Shown: piece by piece, positions 36,781 to 46,478 of the stretch
How positions within the stretch are numbered: position 1 is the first letter of the stretch
Layout of the letters: every line of letters starts with the position of its first letter
DNA from: Turneriella sp.
GTDB lineage: Bacteria > Spirochaetota > Leptospiria > Turneriellales > Turneriellaceae
DNA length: 64,000 bases
NCBI GenBank assembly: GCA_965279515.1
Contig: CBDIID010000003.1
Span: 4,776,724 to 4,840,723 of the forward strand
Reading direction: 5' to 3'
The notes under the pieces: generated by a model
What the model saw: only the letters and a program-made list of their open reading frames with translations
Told to the model about the DNA's origin: nothing
Databases searched by the model: none
Translations under genes and position numbers: made by a program

Positions 36781-37697
36781 CGCACAATAATCCGAAAAAT
36801 AAATGGCACGATTAGCATGCCGTTCTCTAATAGCTCTTTCGGCGGTGGGCCGAAGTCGTGTGCCGCGTAGAGCGCCTCGATGCAAGAGCGGTCCAGGGAT
36901 TGAAATCCTAATGAGGAAACGAGCTTCGCGTCGCGCACTACACCCTGGTCATCGAGCAGAAACTGGATGTAGATGTCCTGGCTCGGGAATGTAGCGAAGC
37001 GGGTATAACCAGACGCATGCCCCATGCGGTGGTAAGAATCGCCGAAAGTCGGGTAGGGGTCGCCGCCCGGCGGCGCCCAGACATTCTGGATCTTATTCAC
37101 CATCGAGCGGAAATAACTGTAATGCGCATAACGCGCCGTCGGTATCGCAGGCCGGCCGGCATAGTCCCACGACAGGGCGAAATCGTTCCGCCAGCGGTAA
37201 TACGCCGGTATGCGCATACGCTCTGTCGGAGTCTGTGGTTCGGCCTGCTGTTTTTCCGCGATGGTAATCCGCGTTCGGCCTTCTTTGGATGTCAGAATCT
37301 TTGCGTATTTTTTCGCCGAGACGATGCGCGCCTGCACGCTTTGTTTTTGCCCCGGCGAGAGGACATAGTCATTGGAGATCGACTCAAAACCCTTTTCTTT
37401 CGTGAGGTCGCCGCGTGCTTCAGAGTCTTTGTCAGACAGGAATTTCACTGTAGAGCGTTTCTTCTTTTTCTCAATGTAGGTGTTTTCGAGCAGCGCCCGG
37501 ATAATCTGGTCGCCGCTGACCTGGCTCTTTTCAGATTCGCCGAAAATGAGGTTCCTGAGGTCGAGCTCGAGGTAGAGGCTCAGCAGTATGCAGAGCGAGA
37601 GCAGCGCGGAGAAAAAACGCGCAAATGCGGCGTCAGAAATCCGCTTCGACGGGGTCGAATTTACCGCGTTTTCGGATGATGCTTTCGCGAAGGTCAT
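36777..37697 (-). CDS. TonB/TolA C-terminal domain membrane protein
   Basis: N-terminal TM; YF..M..KI...W, F.LD..G.V....L.SS.G...LD..C..AL....FGPPP. Confidence 0.75.
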   Translation of the reverse strand: MTFAKASSENAVNSTPSKRISDAAFARFFSALLSLCILLSLYLELDLRNLIFGESEKSQVSGDQIIRALLENTYIEKKKKRSTVKFLSDKDSEARGDLTKEKGFESISNDYVLSPGQKQSVQARIVSAKKYAKILTSKEGRTRITIAEKQQAEPQTPTERMRIPAYYRWRNDFALSWDYAGRPAIPTARYAHYSYFRSMVNKIQNVWAPPGGDPYPTFGDSYHRMGHASGYTRFATFPSQDIYIQFLLDDQGVVRDAKLVSSLGFQSLDRSCIEALYAAHDFGPPPKELLENGMLIVPFIFRIIVR

Positions 37698-38445
37698 TTA
37701 TAGCCTTATCAACGCCTGTGCCAGCCCGCTTCAGGTGCAGGTCGACGAGGGTGAGGGCTGTCGTATAGTCATTTACGGCCGCCGTTACCCTTGCACAATT
37801 TAATAAATATCGCGGGAGGCGGCTTTTTTGCCAGTCAACCTTGGTACAGAGCTTGGCCGCCGACTTGCCGTCCTTAAGTTCCAGGGCATAGAGCCTCAGC
37901 AGAAAATATTCGGTCTCTTCGTCGCCGGCATGCGTTTCGAGGTAAGCCGTCACAACTTCGCGTGCACGGTCTTTTTCCTTGAGTTGCAGGTAGATCTGCG
38001 CCATACGCCGCAGCGTCACGCCGTCGACGGTGCGCATCGCGCCGGAAATTTTGGACAGGTTTTGCAGCGTCTCGTCCCGGTCTTTGCGTTTGGAGCTGAT
38101 TTCGGCAATACGCACAAGCGCGCGCACGCGGTATTTTTCCTTGAGGTCACCCTGTTGTACCGCCTGTTTCAGCATGGTGAGCGCGATGTCTTCGGTGATC
38201 TGTTCTTCAGAGAGCAGCATGCCTTTGCCGTAAAGCGCAAGGGCTTCCTGCGCATTGCTCCTCAGCGCGCGGTCGAAGAGTTCCAGTGCAGAGGTCTGTT
38301 TGCCCTGTTCGAGGCGGAGCAGGCCCTCTTCGGAGAGGGCGCGCGCGCGGCCGCAGCCGCTGCACACGATTAAACAGAGGGCGAGGACGGGCGCCAGGGC
38401 GCCAAGGCCAGTTTTTCTTTTTCCAATGCCGGGATCGTCGATCAC
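37633..38445 (-). CDS. TPR-repeat putative lipoprotein
   Basis: Hydrophobic signal ending in SGC; A..ALYGKG TPR helices. Confidence 0.7.
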   Translation of the reverse strand: MIDDPGIGKRKTGLGALAPVLALCLIVCSGCGRARALSEEGLLRLEQGKQTSALELFDRALRSNAQEALALYGKGMLLSEEQITEDIALTMLKQAVQQGDLKEKYRVRALVRIAEISSKRKDRDETLQNLSKISGAMRTVDGVTLRRMAQIYLQLKEKDRAREVVTAYLETHAGDEETEYFLLRLYALELKDGKSAAKLCTKVDWQKSRLPRYLLNCARVTAAVNDYTTALTLVDLHLKRAGTGVDKAINDLRESIIRKRGKFDPVEADF

Positions 38446-39389
38446 TTCTTAGGCATCAGGTTGGGCATGCCGGCCTTGTCGACCAGATCTTCAATACGCG
38501 GGAAGAGAGCGTCCACCTTAGACTTTGTCACCGTCAATGGCTGGGCTGTATCAGTGGATTTTACGATGAATTCCTGTTCTTTGGTCGGGCCGAAAAATTC
38601 GACTTCTTTGACTATTCCCGCTGTGAGCGAAATTTTGATCTTTCCGTAAGAGGCAGGCAGCGTGGCTTCCTTGAAGAATTTTGCACCGCTCAGATCAGAA
38701 ATATCAGCCAGGTAAGTGGTGATCCGTGCCTTATCGGTTGCGCGTGCGGGATCCAGCGTCAGCACGCCTTTCTCGTCTGCTTTAAGGGTAAATTTTTCCT
38801 TACCCTCAACCTGGATTTCCTTGATGTTTTCCTTGGCAATGCGCAATATCGCGTGATCGCGGTAGAGATCGAATTCCTGGTTCCAGTCACCCTTGAGAAA
38901 ACCCTTCACGGCAAAAACCGCGCTTTCGTCGGCCAGGCGTATGAAGCTGGCATTGCCTGATCCGGAGAACTTACCCAAAGAAGCTTGCGCTATCTTCTCG
39001 CCGTTTTCCCCTTCGAGCACGATCTGGAAATCCTGGTCGCGCACCTCATATTCGCCCTGCTTTTCCTTATTGGAAGAAACTTCCTGGTAGCGGCGCGCCT
39101 CGAAGATGTTCTTGAGTCCGGTTTCGACTTTACCGGTGTCGGCGCGTTGCACTCCCGATGTACCGGGCTGCTCGAGCGACCAGCCTTCGGTTGTGCGTGT
39201 GAAAATGCGCTTGTTTGCGCCGTCAGTTGTCGTGACCTTCTTTACACGTTCGCTGCGGCCCTTGAGCAGCGGTTTGGATTTTTCATAGCTGCTCTCAAAG
39301 AGCAGAAAGGGATCGTTGACCAGAAAACCCAGGATGAAGGTAACGCCGACGATGGCGGCAAGTATTGTGTTTCGTTTCTCTCTCGGCAT
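38442..39389 (-). CDS. DUF4340-domain protein (Gld-type ABC accessory)
   Basis: N-terminal TM; W....AD..V...L, LGK..YVR-like and RD motifs; position after the GldG-like gene. Confidence 0.75.
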   Translation of the reverse strand: MPREKRNTILAAIVGVTFILGFLVNDPFLLFESSYEKSKPLLKGRSERVKKVTTTDGANKRIFTRTTEGWSLEQPGTSGVQRADTGKVETGLKNIFEARRYQEVSSNKEKQGEYEVRDQDFQIVLEGENGEKIAQASLGKFSGSGNASFIRLADESAVFAVKGFLKGDWNQEFDLYRDHAILRIAKENIKEIQVEGKEKFTLKADEKGVLTLDPARATDKARITTYLADISDLSGAKFFKEATLPASYGKIKISLTAGIVKEVEFFGPTKEQEFIVKSTDTAQPLTVTKSKVDALFPRIEDLVDKAGMPNLMPKK

Positions 39390-39396
39390 ATTAACC

Positions 39397-41055
39397 TCAG
39401 GCTTCCTTAGGAGCGAGATTTTTGCGCCGTGTCAGGCGATACGCTCCGAGAATGAGTATAGTGAGCAATGGGATAGCAAAGGCGAGCAGGGTATAAATCT
39501 TACGCTCACCTTCTGTGACAAGTTTCGTCTTGATACGTGGCGCGGATTTTTTCCTCAGCTCGACTAAATCTTCGTTGCCATGCATGACATCGATCGCAGA
39601 GAAGAACAGTTTAATGTTTTCATCGAGCAACGGAACTCCCGTCATTTCGCTGAGGATAAACATCATATTGCTGAGTGCGTAGGGAGTGCCCACGACAAGA
39701 ATGCGGCTGTCTTTTTCAGCCGCCTTAAGATAGGTCTTGGGTGCGTCTTTCGGTAAATCTTTACCGTCTGCAAACTGGCTCTGGAAACGCCCGCTGACCA
39801 TGACGGCGAGATTGTAAGAACCTGTGTTCTGCTTAGGCGCAGCCAGCATCTCTTCCATTTTACCCGGGTCGAGAAAAGCGAAGTTGGCCTGCGCCCAGGA
39901 GTCATTGGTCGATTTCGCGAGGACATCCACCTTGAATTTGCCGGCACCTTCACCCGGAGGCAGGAGCGCGGGGTTGGTTTTGATACTGCTGACATAGGGC
40001 AGGATCAGCGCCGCATTGCCTTTCGACGCCAGATTTTCCTGGCTCATATTGTCTTTGGGAACCACAACCCATGGTGGGTAGGGTGACTTGCTCATCTGGA
40101 ATTGATTTACCGGCTGCACGAAGGGCACAAAAAAGTTCGGCTTCGGTTCATTCACCATATCGCCGGCGAGCTCGATGCCGTATTTTTTCAGGAATTCGCC
40201 CAGGTCGGGATTTCCCGGCGATGCCATAAACTGCTGGCCGAAGTTGACTTCCATGCCCGATGACGCAACGATCAGGTTTCCGCCACGCATGATAAATTGG
40301 TCGAGCCGGAACTTATCCATGGCCTCGAGCTTGCCTGGCTGCACGACCACGAGCGTCGAGACCTCAACGGGAATATCGGCCGTAGAGGTGTTGACCTCTG
40401 CCAGCTCGCCGTAAAACGATGCGATTTTTTCCGCGAAGATAGACACCGATGTCGGATTGCGTTCTTTTTTCTGGTTAAAAGCGCCGTGCCCGCCCAGCAA
40501 TGCGACTTTTTTCTCATTGGGTTTGACCATTTTGAAAAGTTTTGCCGTGAGCTGGTTTTCGAGGTCGTGCTGCTCATAGAGACCGATAATGTTGTTCAGC
40601 GCTTCTGATTTCGTGCCGTAAGAGATTGCGAGACCGAAATAGATGCTCTGCGCCTGCGCTTTTTTAGAGCCGGCCACACGCATGTCGAGTTGCTGTACGT
40701 GCAGGTCCTGTGCCCGGGTTTGCGCCGACTTATCGTTGTCGGGGTCGAGCACCGTCAGTTTCATACGGCCGCGCGAGCTGTTGACGTATTCCTGTACGAA
40801 ATCGCGCACTTTACGTGAAACGAGCACAGCTTCGTCGGGCAAGTCGTTTGAAACGAAGAGTTCGATCGTCGCCTTTTCAGGCAGGTTACGCAGCAGGTTC
40901 TTCGAAGTGCTTGAAATACGCATCGCGCCGGTCGAAGAGAGGTCAAAGCGCACGAAGGCGCCATAACTTAGCCAGCTGAACGCAAAAAACAGCGCCACGC
41001 TCAGTATCGTGGTCGCGCGCCGTGAAGCGAGAAACAGTTTGATATTTTCCATCAA
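39397..41055 (-). CDS. GldG-family ABC auxiliary component
   Basis: RFDLS...S..S..LL..L, Y.GL.I.YG, GHG, LDQFIMRGG, two terminal TMs. Confidence 0.85.
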   Translation of the reverse strand: MMENIKLFLASRRATTILSVALFFAFSWLSYGAFVRFDLSSTGAMRISSTSKNLLRNLPEKATIELFVSNDLPDEAVLVSRKVRDFVQEYVNSSRGRMKLTVLDPDNDKSAQTRAQDLHVQQLDMRVAGSKKAQAQSIYFGLAISYGTKSEALNNIIGLYEQHDLENQLTAKLFKMVKPNEKKVALLGGHGAFNQKKERNPTSVSIFAEKIASFYGELAEVNTSTADIPVEVSTLVVVQPGKLEAMDKFRLDQFIMRGGNLIVASSGMEVNFGQQFMASPGNPDLGEFLKKYGIELAGDMVNEPKPNFFVPFVQPVNQFQMSKSPYPPWVVVPKDNMSQENLASKGNAALILPYVSSIKTNPALLPPGEGAGKFKVDVLAKSTNDSWAQANFAFLDPGKMEEMLAAPKQNTGSYNLAVMVSGRFQSQFADGKDLPKDAPKTYLKAAEKDSRILVVGTPYALSNMMFILSEMTGVPLLDENIKLFFSAIDVMHGNEDLVELRKKSAPRIKTKLVTEGERKIYTLLAFAIPLLTILILGAYRLTRRKNLAPKEA

Positions 41056-41801
41056 TGGCCTCGTCTGAAATTTTGAATGCTGATCTTATTCAGGAATAAG
41101 AACAATGCAGAGAATGAAATATAATAGAGGATGTCGCGCGTATCTAAAAGGCCGGAAGAAAGCGAGTCGGCATGCCATGACACCGAGAGAAATCCCAGCA
41201 ATTCTTTAAACGGCCCGAAGAATTGCAGCACAGGCTGGTAGCCGAGCAGGTAGATAAAAAGGCAGGCGAGAAAGCTCAGCAGAAACGCAGTGATCTGGTC
41301 GCGCGTCAGCCACGAGATATAAAGGCCGAGCGCGATATACGCCGACCCTGAAAGCCACGCGCCGAGGTATGAGCCGATCAGTACCATAATGTCGGGTGAG
41401 GCGATGAAGAGTGCAATGAGCGGCAACACCATGGTTGTGGCGAGGGCAATGCCTAAGAAAATCAGCGCCGAGAAGTATTTACCCAGGATCAGTTCGAGTT
41501 CGTTAAAGGGCAGTGTCAGCAGTAGCTCCACGGTGCCGCTGCGGCGCTCTTCGGCCCACAGGCGCATCGTGATGACCGGAATAAAAGCCAGGTAAATCAG
41601 CTTCAGCATGTCGAACAGGCCCTGCAGCGAGTAACCGCGGTCGAAGAAGCGTGTTATAAAGAAGAAAAGAAAATTCACGAGGATGACGAAGATCCCCAGG
41701 AAGATATAGCCGATCGGCGTATTAAAATAATTCGCCAGTTCGCGGCGGTAGATGGTTTTGATATTTTTCCAGTCGATGTCGATTTTCTTCAGGATATCCA
41801 T
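41052..41801 (-). CDS. ABC-2 permease (GldF-like)
   Basis: REL..YF.TP.GY, P.ITMR.WAEERRSGT.ELLLT.P, LGKY, QI.AF. Confidence 0.9.
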   Translation of the reverse strand: MDILKKIDIDWKNIKTIYRRELANYFNTPIGYIFLGIFVILVNFLFFFITRFFDRGYSLQGLFDMLKLIYLAFIPVITMRLWAEERRSGTVELLLTLPFNELELILGKYFSALIFLGIALATTMVLPLIALFIASPDIMVLIGSYLGAWLSGSAYIALGLYISWLTRDQITAFLLSFLACLFIYLLGYQPVLQFFGPFKELLGFLSVSWHADSLSSGLLDTRDILYYISFSALFLFLNKISIQNFRRGH

Positions 41802-41813
41802 AGTTACTCCGGA

Positions 41814-42746
41814 TCAGTTGGCTTTCATCGTCAGGCGTGCGAACACGTCTTCGATACTCTGTTTTTGCATGAAAAGTTCGCGCAGCGTCCATTTTTCTAC
41901 CACGCAGAGTTGAAACAGTTTTTCATTGAAACCGGCGAGGGTTTCTGCGGTGAAGCGGGTCTCGGCGTCGGAAGAGGATGCCAGCTGTACGCTTTCACCC
42001 GGACCGATGAGGGACTGGATCTTACCGAGCGAGGCTGCCTGGTTGCCCTTGAGAGCGAATTCCCAGGTCTCGCGCCCTTCTTTCATGCGCTGTATTTTCT
42101 CCAGCTTCTCATCGAGCACGATGCGGCCGTCGGCGATAATGATCGCCCGCTCGCAGGTATCTTCAACTTCTTTCAGGATATGTGTGCTGAGGATAATGGT
42201 TTTCTCTTTCGAGAGCTCGCGGATTAGCTGGCGGATCTCATGGATCTGGTTGGGGTCGAGACCCGATGTCGGTTCGTCGAGAATTAACACCTGGGGATCG
42301 TGGAGCAATGCCGCCGCGAGGCCGACGCGCTGTTTATAACCTTTCGAAAGGTGCATGATGGGCGAATAAAGGTACTTGCCTAGGTCTGTAACTTTGACTG
42401 CCTTTGCAATTCCCTTTTCGGCCGCCGATTTTTCCATATCGCGGCTTTCGGCGATGAACTCCAGGAATTCAGAAACCAGCATATCGGGATACGAACTGGC
42501 GCTTTCAGGCAGATAGCCGATCAGCGCCTGAACTTCTTTGCGGTTTTTTTGTACATCGTGCCCGCCCACGGTCGCAGTGCCACCTGTGGGTTCATAGAAA
42601 CCGGTGAGCATCCGCATCGTTGTGGTCTTGCCCGCGCCGTTGGGCCCCAACAGGGCTACAACCTCACCTTTACCGATGGAAAAGCTGATTTGTTTGACCG
42701 CTTCATAGGTACCAAAGTTTTTCTTTAAGGCCGAAACTGAAATCAT
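41814..42746 (-). CDS. ABC ATP-binding protein (GldA-like)
   Basis: GPNGAGKTT, LSKGYKQRVGLA, ILDEPTSGLDP, STH. Confidence 0.92.
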   Translation of the reverse strand: MISVSALKKNFGTYEAVKQISFSIGKGEVVALLGPNGAGKTTTMRMLTGFYEPTGGTATVGGHDVQKNRKEVQALIGYLPESASSYPDMLVSEFLEFIAESRDMEKSAAEKGIAKAVKVTDLGKYLYSPIMHLSKGYKQRVGLAAALLHDPQVLILDEPTSGLDPNQIHEIRQLIRELSKEKTIILSTHILKEVEDTCERAIIIADGRIVLDEKLEKIQRMKEGRETWEFALKGNQAASLGKIQSLIGPGESVQLASSSDAETRFTAETLAGFNEKLFQLCVVEKWTLRELFMQKQSIEDVFARLTMKAN

Positions 42747-42879
42747 GGGCCCTGAGATTAAAACCAAAACTCCCGCGTCAAGCGCAAAGCAGCGCTGTGG
42801 ATGCCCAGTCGTCGCGAAGCATTGACGCCCTCTCTGAAATACCGGTTTCGACTAAGGCCTTAGGCCCGGGATAGCTCGT

Positions 42880-45591
42880 TTGTATAAGACTTTTCGTTTC
42901 ATCAAAACCTCTTGGATACCCGTGACCGCGGTTGTCACTGCCGTGGCGCTGGGACTCGCCACGCACAAGAACCTCTACGCCCAGGCGGAGCGCTACCTCG
43001 GCAAAAAAATCAAAAAGATCGAGTTTAAGGGTAACGTTCACGTATCGCGCGATACGCTCTACCAGGATATCGTGCAGATGAAAGAGGGACAGACGCTGAC
43101 GCTGCCTCTTCTGAACGGTGATATTAAGGCAGTCTTTGGCGAGGGTTCGTTTTCCTATGCCCGCGTCGAGGGTGAAGATTTAGACGGCGGTGTCGCTATT
43201 ACCTTCCATGTCCAGGAAAGGCCGCGGGTAAAAGATATCACCTTTCTCGGGCTCGATGAACTGTCAGCCACCGACGTACAACAGGCGATTCCGCTCAAGG
43301 AAGACGACGTCTTTACAGAGCGTAAGATTGCTGATTCGATCCAGCGTGTGTTGGGCAAATACCGCGAAAAAGGCCTTTTTAACGCCAGCATCCGTGTGCG
43401 CAAAAGCGAAATCGATCCCAAGAAAAATACCATCAATATCACCTTTGTCATCGACGAAGGCGAACACATCAAAATCGCTAAAATTAACCTTTTGGGTGTA
43501 ACGAAAGCCGACCCCGAAGATGTGCTGGCGGTTATGGAACTCGAAGAAGACGGCTTTATCGCCGACGGTACGTTCAAGAACGAAACTTTTGAGAAAGATA
43601 AAAACTCCATTTTGGATTTCTACAAGAACCAGGGCTTTCTCGACGTTGAGCTCGAAGACGCCCGTTACGATTACCGCTGGAAAAACCCCAAAACCCAGGA
43701 AGAACGCGTTATCGTCGTTACCTACAAGGTCAAAGAGGGTGATCAGTATTTCTACAACGGCTATGATCTTGCCTGGGATGAGCGTTTCCTGAACCCCACC
43801 ACAAAAAAACAGCTCTTTTCCCGCGATAAGGTCGAAGAATTCTTTGAATACACGACCTCCGATGTTGGCCAGGTGCTCGATAACGGCAAGTTCACGCGTG
43901 ACCGTGGCATTGTGAACTACCTCTATTCACAGGAAGGTTATATTTATGCGCGGGTGCAGCCTGAGCGCACCATCATTTCGCTGACTAAAGAGGGAATTGA
44001 AGAGAAAAAAAACTCCCCGCAGCAGAAAGAATCGGAAAAAGACGGCAAGGACTACTACAATCTCAAGAAGCTGACAAGGATACTCGAGAATAACCCGGAA
44101 CTCAAGGGGAGAAAATTCGTTCATACGAAGTTTGTCGTGGCCGAAGGCGACAAAGGTTTTATTGAGAATATTATCGTCAAAGGGAATAAGAAGACCCTCG
44201 ACAAGGTCATCCGCCGCGAACTCATCATCCACGAAGGTGAGCTGTTTAATTCAGAGTTGGTTCAGCGTTCGCGCGAACGCGTGCACAACCTGCAGTTCTT
44301 TAAAGAAGTGAACGTCGATGCCCGTCCGGGTTCGAGCGAAGGCAAAATGAACCTTGTCATCGACGTTGAAGAGCAGCCAACAGGAACTATTTCCCTGGGT
44401 GGTGGTTACGGTACCAACACCGGTTTTTCTATTTTCACTGAAGTCGCTGAAAACAACCTCAATGGTACGGGGCAGCGCGTTTCAGGCCGCGTCGAATTTG
44501 GTCCTTTGCGGACCGCCCTCGAAGCGTCGTGGACTGAGCCATGGTTATTTGATAAGCCCTGGTCGCTGACGCTCTCTGCGTTCTATATCCGCCGGCGGGT
44601 GCTTTCAGGTTCGATTAACATCGCAACCAACGACGAATCGGCGACGTATGACCTCGACACACTGGGGTTCACTGTCGGTATTGGCCACCGCTTCTGGGTG
44701 AACTGGGGCCACTACCATCGTTATACGCCGCAGCTTTCCATCGCCGGCAATGCCTCGAGTATGGTGGATGACCCGGTCTTTCTATTGGTACAGCGCGGCT
44801 GGCAGGTGAAGAACACGATTACCAACGGTATCTTCTATGATAACCGCGATAACATCTTTAACACCACGCGGGGTATGCGCCTTGAATTCTCGCATGATTT
44901 TGTCGGTAATGTTCTCGGCGGGCAAGACCACTTCATGCGATATTATCCCCAGGTGGATTACTTCTGGTGGTTGATGGACTTCACGTTCTTTAACCTGATC
45001 CGTAAAAACGTTCTGCGCCGCTGGCGCATTGTACAGGAAATCCGCGGGTCGGCGACCTTCACACAGCCGACCAAGCCGGTGTGGACAAGCCAGCAAAATG
45101 CGGATAACCCCTATGTAGAAATTCAGGACCGACTCTATATCGGCGGTTATGAAAGTCTCAGGGGCTGGACGCTGTTCGACTCCTTTTATGGAGATACGCT
45201 TGCCGGGCAAACATGGCGGCAGGGTGGTAGCCACCGGATTCTCTTCGGCAGTGAAATCCGTATTCCCGTCGAACCCTCGCTTTTTTGGCTAGTGCTCTTC
45301 TTCGACGCCGGTGCGCTTTACCAGAATTCGAGCGAGTACGCATTCTCTTCTACGACAGCGCAGGCCACGATACAGGCTTACAGTGATGCAGAGCTCAGCA
45401 AGCGTACATTTGCCCTGAGTTATTTCCGTTACAGCTGGGGTTTTGGTTTCCGTCTGCAGATTCCGATTCTGCCACTGCGTATTTATCTGGCCCAGCGCCT
45501 CTTGTGGGATGATAATCTGGGTTGGTTCAAAAACCACCCGCAACAACAGGGCTTTGAATTTGTGTTCGGTATCGGCGACCGCCGCTTTTAA
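42880..45591 (+). CDS. bamA: Outer membrane protein assembly factor BamA
   Basis: Five POTRA-like repeats, VEEQPTG barrel start, NL.GTGQ, LRGW (VRGF-like), C-terminal Phe. Confidence 0.93.
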   Translation: MYKTFRFIKTSWIPVTAVVTAVALGLATHKNLYAQAERYLGKKIKKIEFKGNVHVSRDTLYQDIVQMKEGQTLTLPLLNGDIKAVFGEGSFSYARVEGEDLDGGVAITFHVQERPRVKDITFLGLDELSATDVQQAIPLKEDDVFTERKIADSIQRVLGKYREKGLFNASIRVRKSEIDPKKNTINITFVIDEGEHIKIAKINLLGVTKADPEDVLAVMELEEDGFIADGTFKNETFEKDKNSILDFYKNQGFLDVELEDARYDYRWKNPKTQEERVIVVTYKVKEGDQYFYNGYDLAWDERFLNPTTKKQLFSRDKVEEFFEYTTSDVGQVLDNGKFTRDRGIVNYLYSQEGYIYARVQPERTIISLTKEGIEEKKNSPQQKESEKDGKDYYNLKKLTRILENNPELKGRKFVHTKFVVAEGDKGFIENIIVKGNKKTLDKVIRRELIIHEGELFNSELVQRSRERVHNLQFFKEVNVDARPGSSEGKMNLVIDVEEQPTGTISLGGGYGTNTGFSIFTEVAENNLNGTGQRVSGRVEFGPLRTALEASWTEPWLFDKPWSLTLSAFYIRRRVLSGSINIATNDESATYDLDTLGFTVGIGHRFWVNWGHYHRYTPQLSIAGNASSMVDDPVFLLVQRGWQVKNTITNGIFYDNRDNIFNTTRGMRLEFSHDFVGNVLGGQDHFMRYYPQVDYFWWLMDFTFFNLIRKNVLRRWRIVQEIRGSATFTQPTKPVWTSQQNADNPYVEIQDRLYIGGYESLRGWTLFDSFYGDTLAGQTWRQGGSHRILFGSEIRIPVEPSLFWLVLFFDAGALYQNSSEYAFSSTTAQATIQAYSDAELSKRTFALSYFRYSWGFGFRLQIPILPLRIYLAQRLLWDDNLGWFKNHPQQQGFEFVFGIGDRRF

Positions 45592-45596
45592 GGCGT

Positions 45597-46478
45597 ATGC
45601 CCGCGCGACTCGTTCTGCTGGCGCGTGAAGACCTGACGGAGATACTCCGCCAAATCAACGATGCGGTAAATGCCGGCTGGTCGCCTGAAAAAGAAGCACT
45701 ATTGGGCCAGGTTGTCTCGCTCGAAAACCGTTCGTTCCAGAAGCTGGTATTGCCGGTCGCGTGTGACGAAACGCGCCTGCGCGATGCGGTTTTAGGCGTT
45801 GGCGAGGCGCTTGCGGCCTATGCAATCTTACCCGGAGAAAACCGTAATATACGCCTTGCTGTTTTTGACACGGACTCCACCTTCATCAACCAGGAAGTGA
45901 TCGATGAAATTGCCGCCTATGCGGGCGTCAAAAAAGAAGTCGCTGAAATTACCGAGCGCGCCATGTTGGGTGAACTCGATTTTAACGAGGCGCTGCGCGA
46001 GCGTGTGCGGTTGCTCAAAGACCTATCTGAATCCGTGCTGCCTGAAATCCGGCGCACCAAACTTTCTTTTACGCGCGGGGCGAAAGAGTTCAGCGAGTGG
46101 CTGCACCGCAAAGGTGCGGCGACGTATCTGCTCTCCGGCGGCTTTTCTTTTTTTACCTCTGCATTCCGCCAGGAACTCGGTCTCACGGGCCAATTCGCGA
46201 ATGAACTGGAAATTGTTGACGGGCGCCTGACGGGCAAGACCTTAGGCCCCATCGTGAACCGCGAACGCAAGGCCCTATTGCTGAAAGAACTCGCGCTGAA
46301 GCATGGCGTCAATCTCGCCGAAACGATTGCCGTGGGCGACGGGGCCAACGACATCGATATGGCAAAAGCCAGCGGACTGGGGATTGCCTTCTGTGCAAAG
46401 CCTGCGCTCCTCAGGGAAACTTTTGCCGCGGTCTTTGAACGCGACCTGCGCCTGATTGAGCACCTCATACATCCCTGA
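45597..46478 (+). CDS. serB: Phosphoserine phosphatase (HAD)
   Basis: FDTDST, EVIDE, ITERAM.GELDF, SGGF, GDGAND, AKP. Confidence 0.92.
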   Translation: MPARLVLLAREDLTEILRQINDAVNAGWSPEKEALLGQVVSLENRSFQKLVLPVACDETRLRDAVLGVGEALAAYAILPGENRNIRLAVFDTDSTFINQEVIDEIAAYAGVKKEVAEITERAMLGELDFNEALRERVRLLKDLSESVLPEIRRTKLSFTRGAKEFSEWLHRKGAATYLLSGGFSFFTSAFRQELGLTGQFANELEIVDGRLTGKTLGPIVNRERKALLLKELALKHGVNLAETIAVGDGANDIDMAKASGLGIAFCAKPALLRETFAAVFERDLRLIEHLIHP

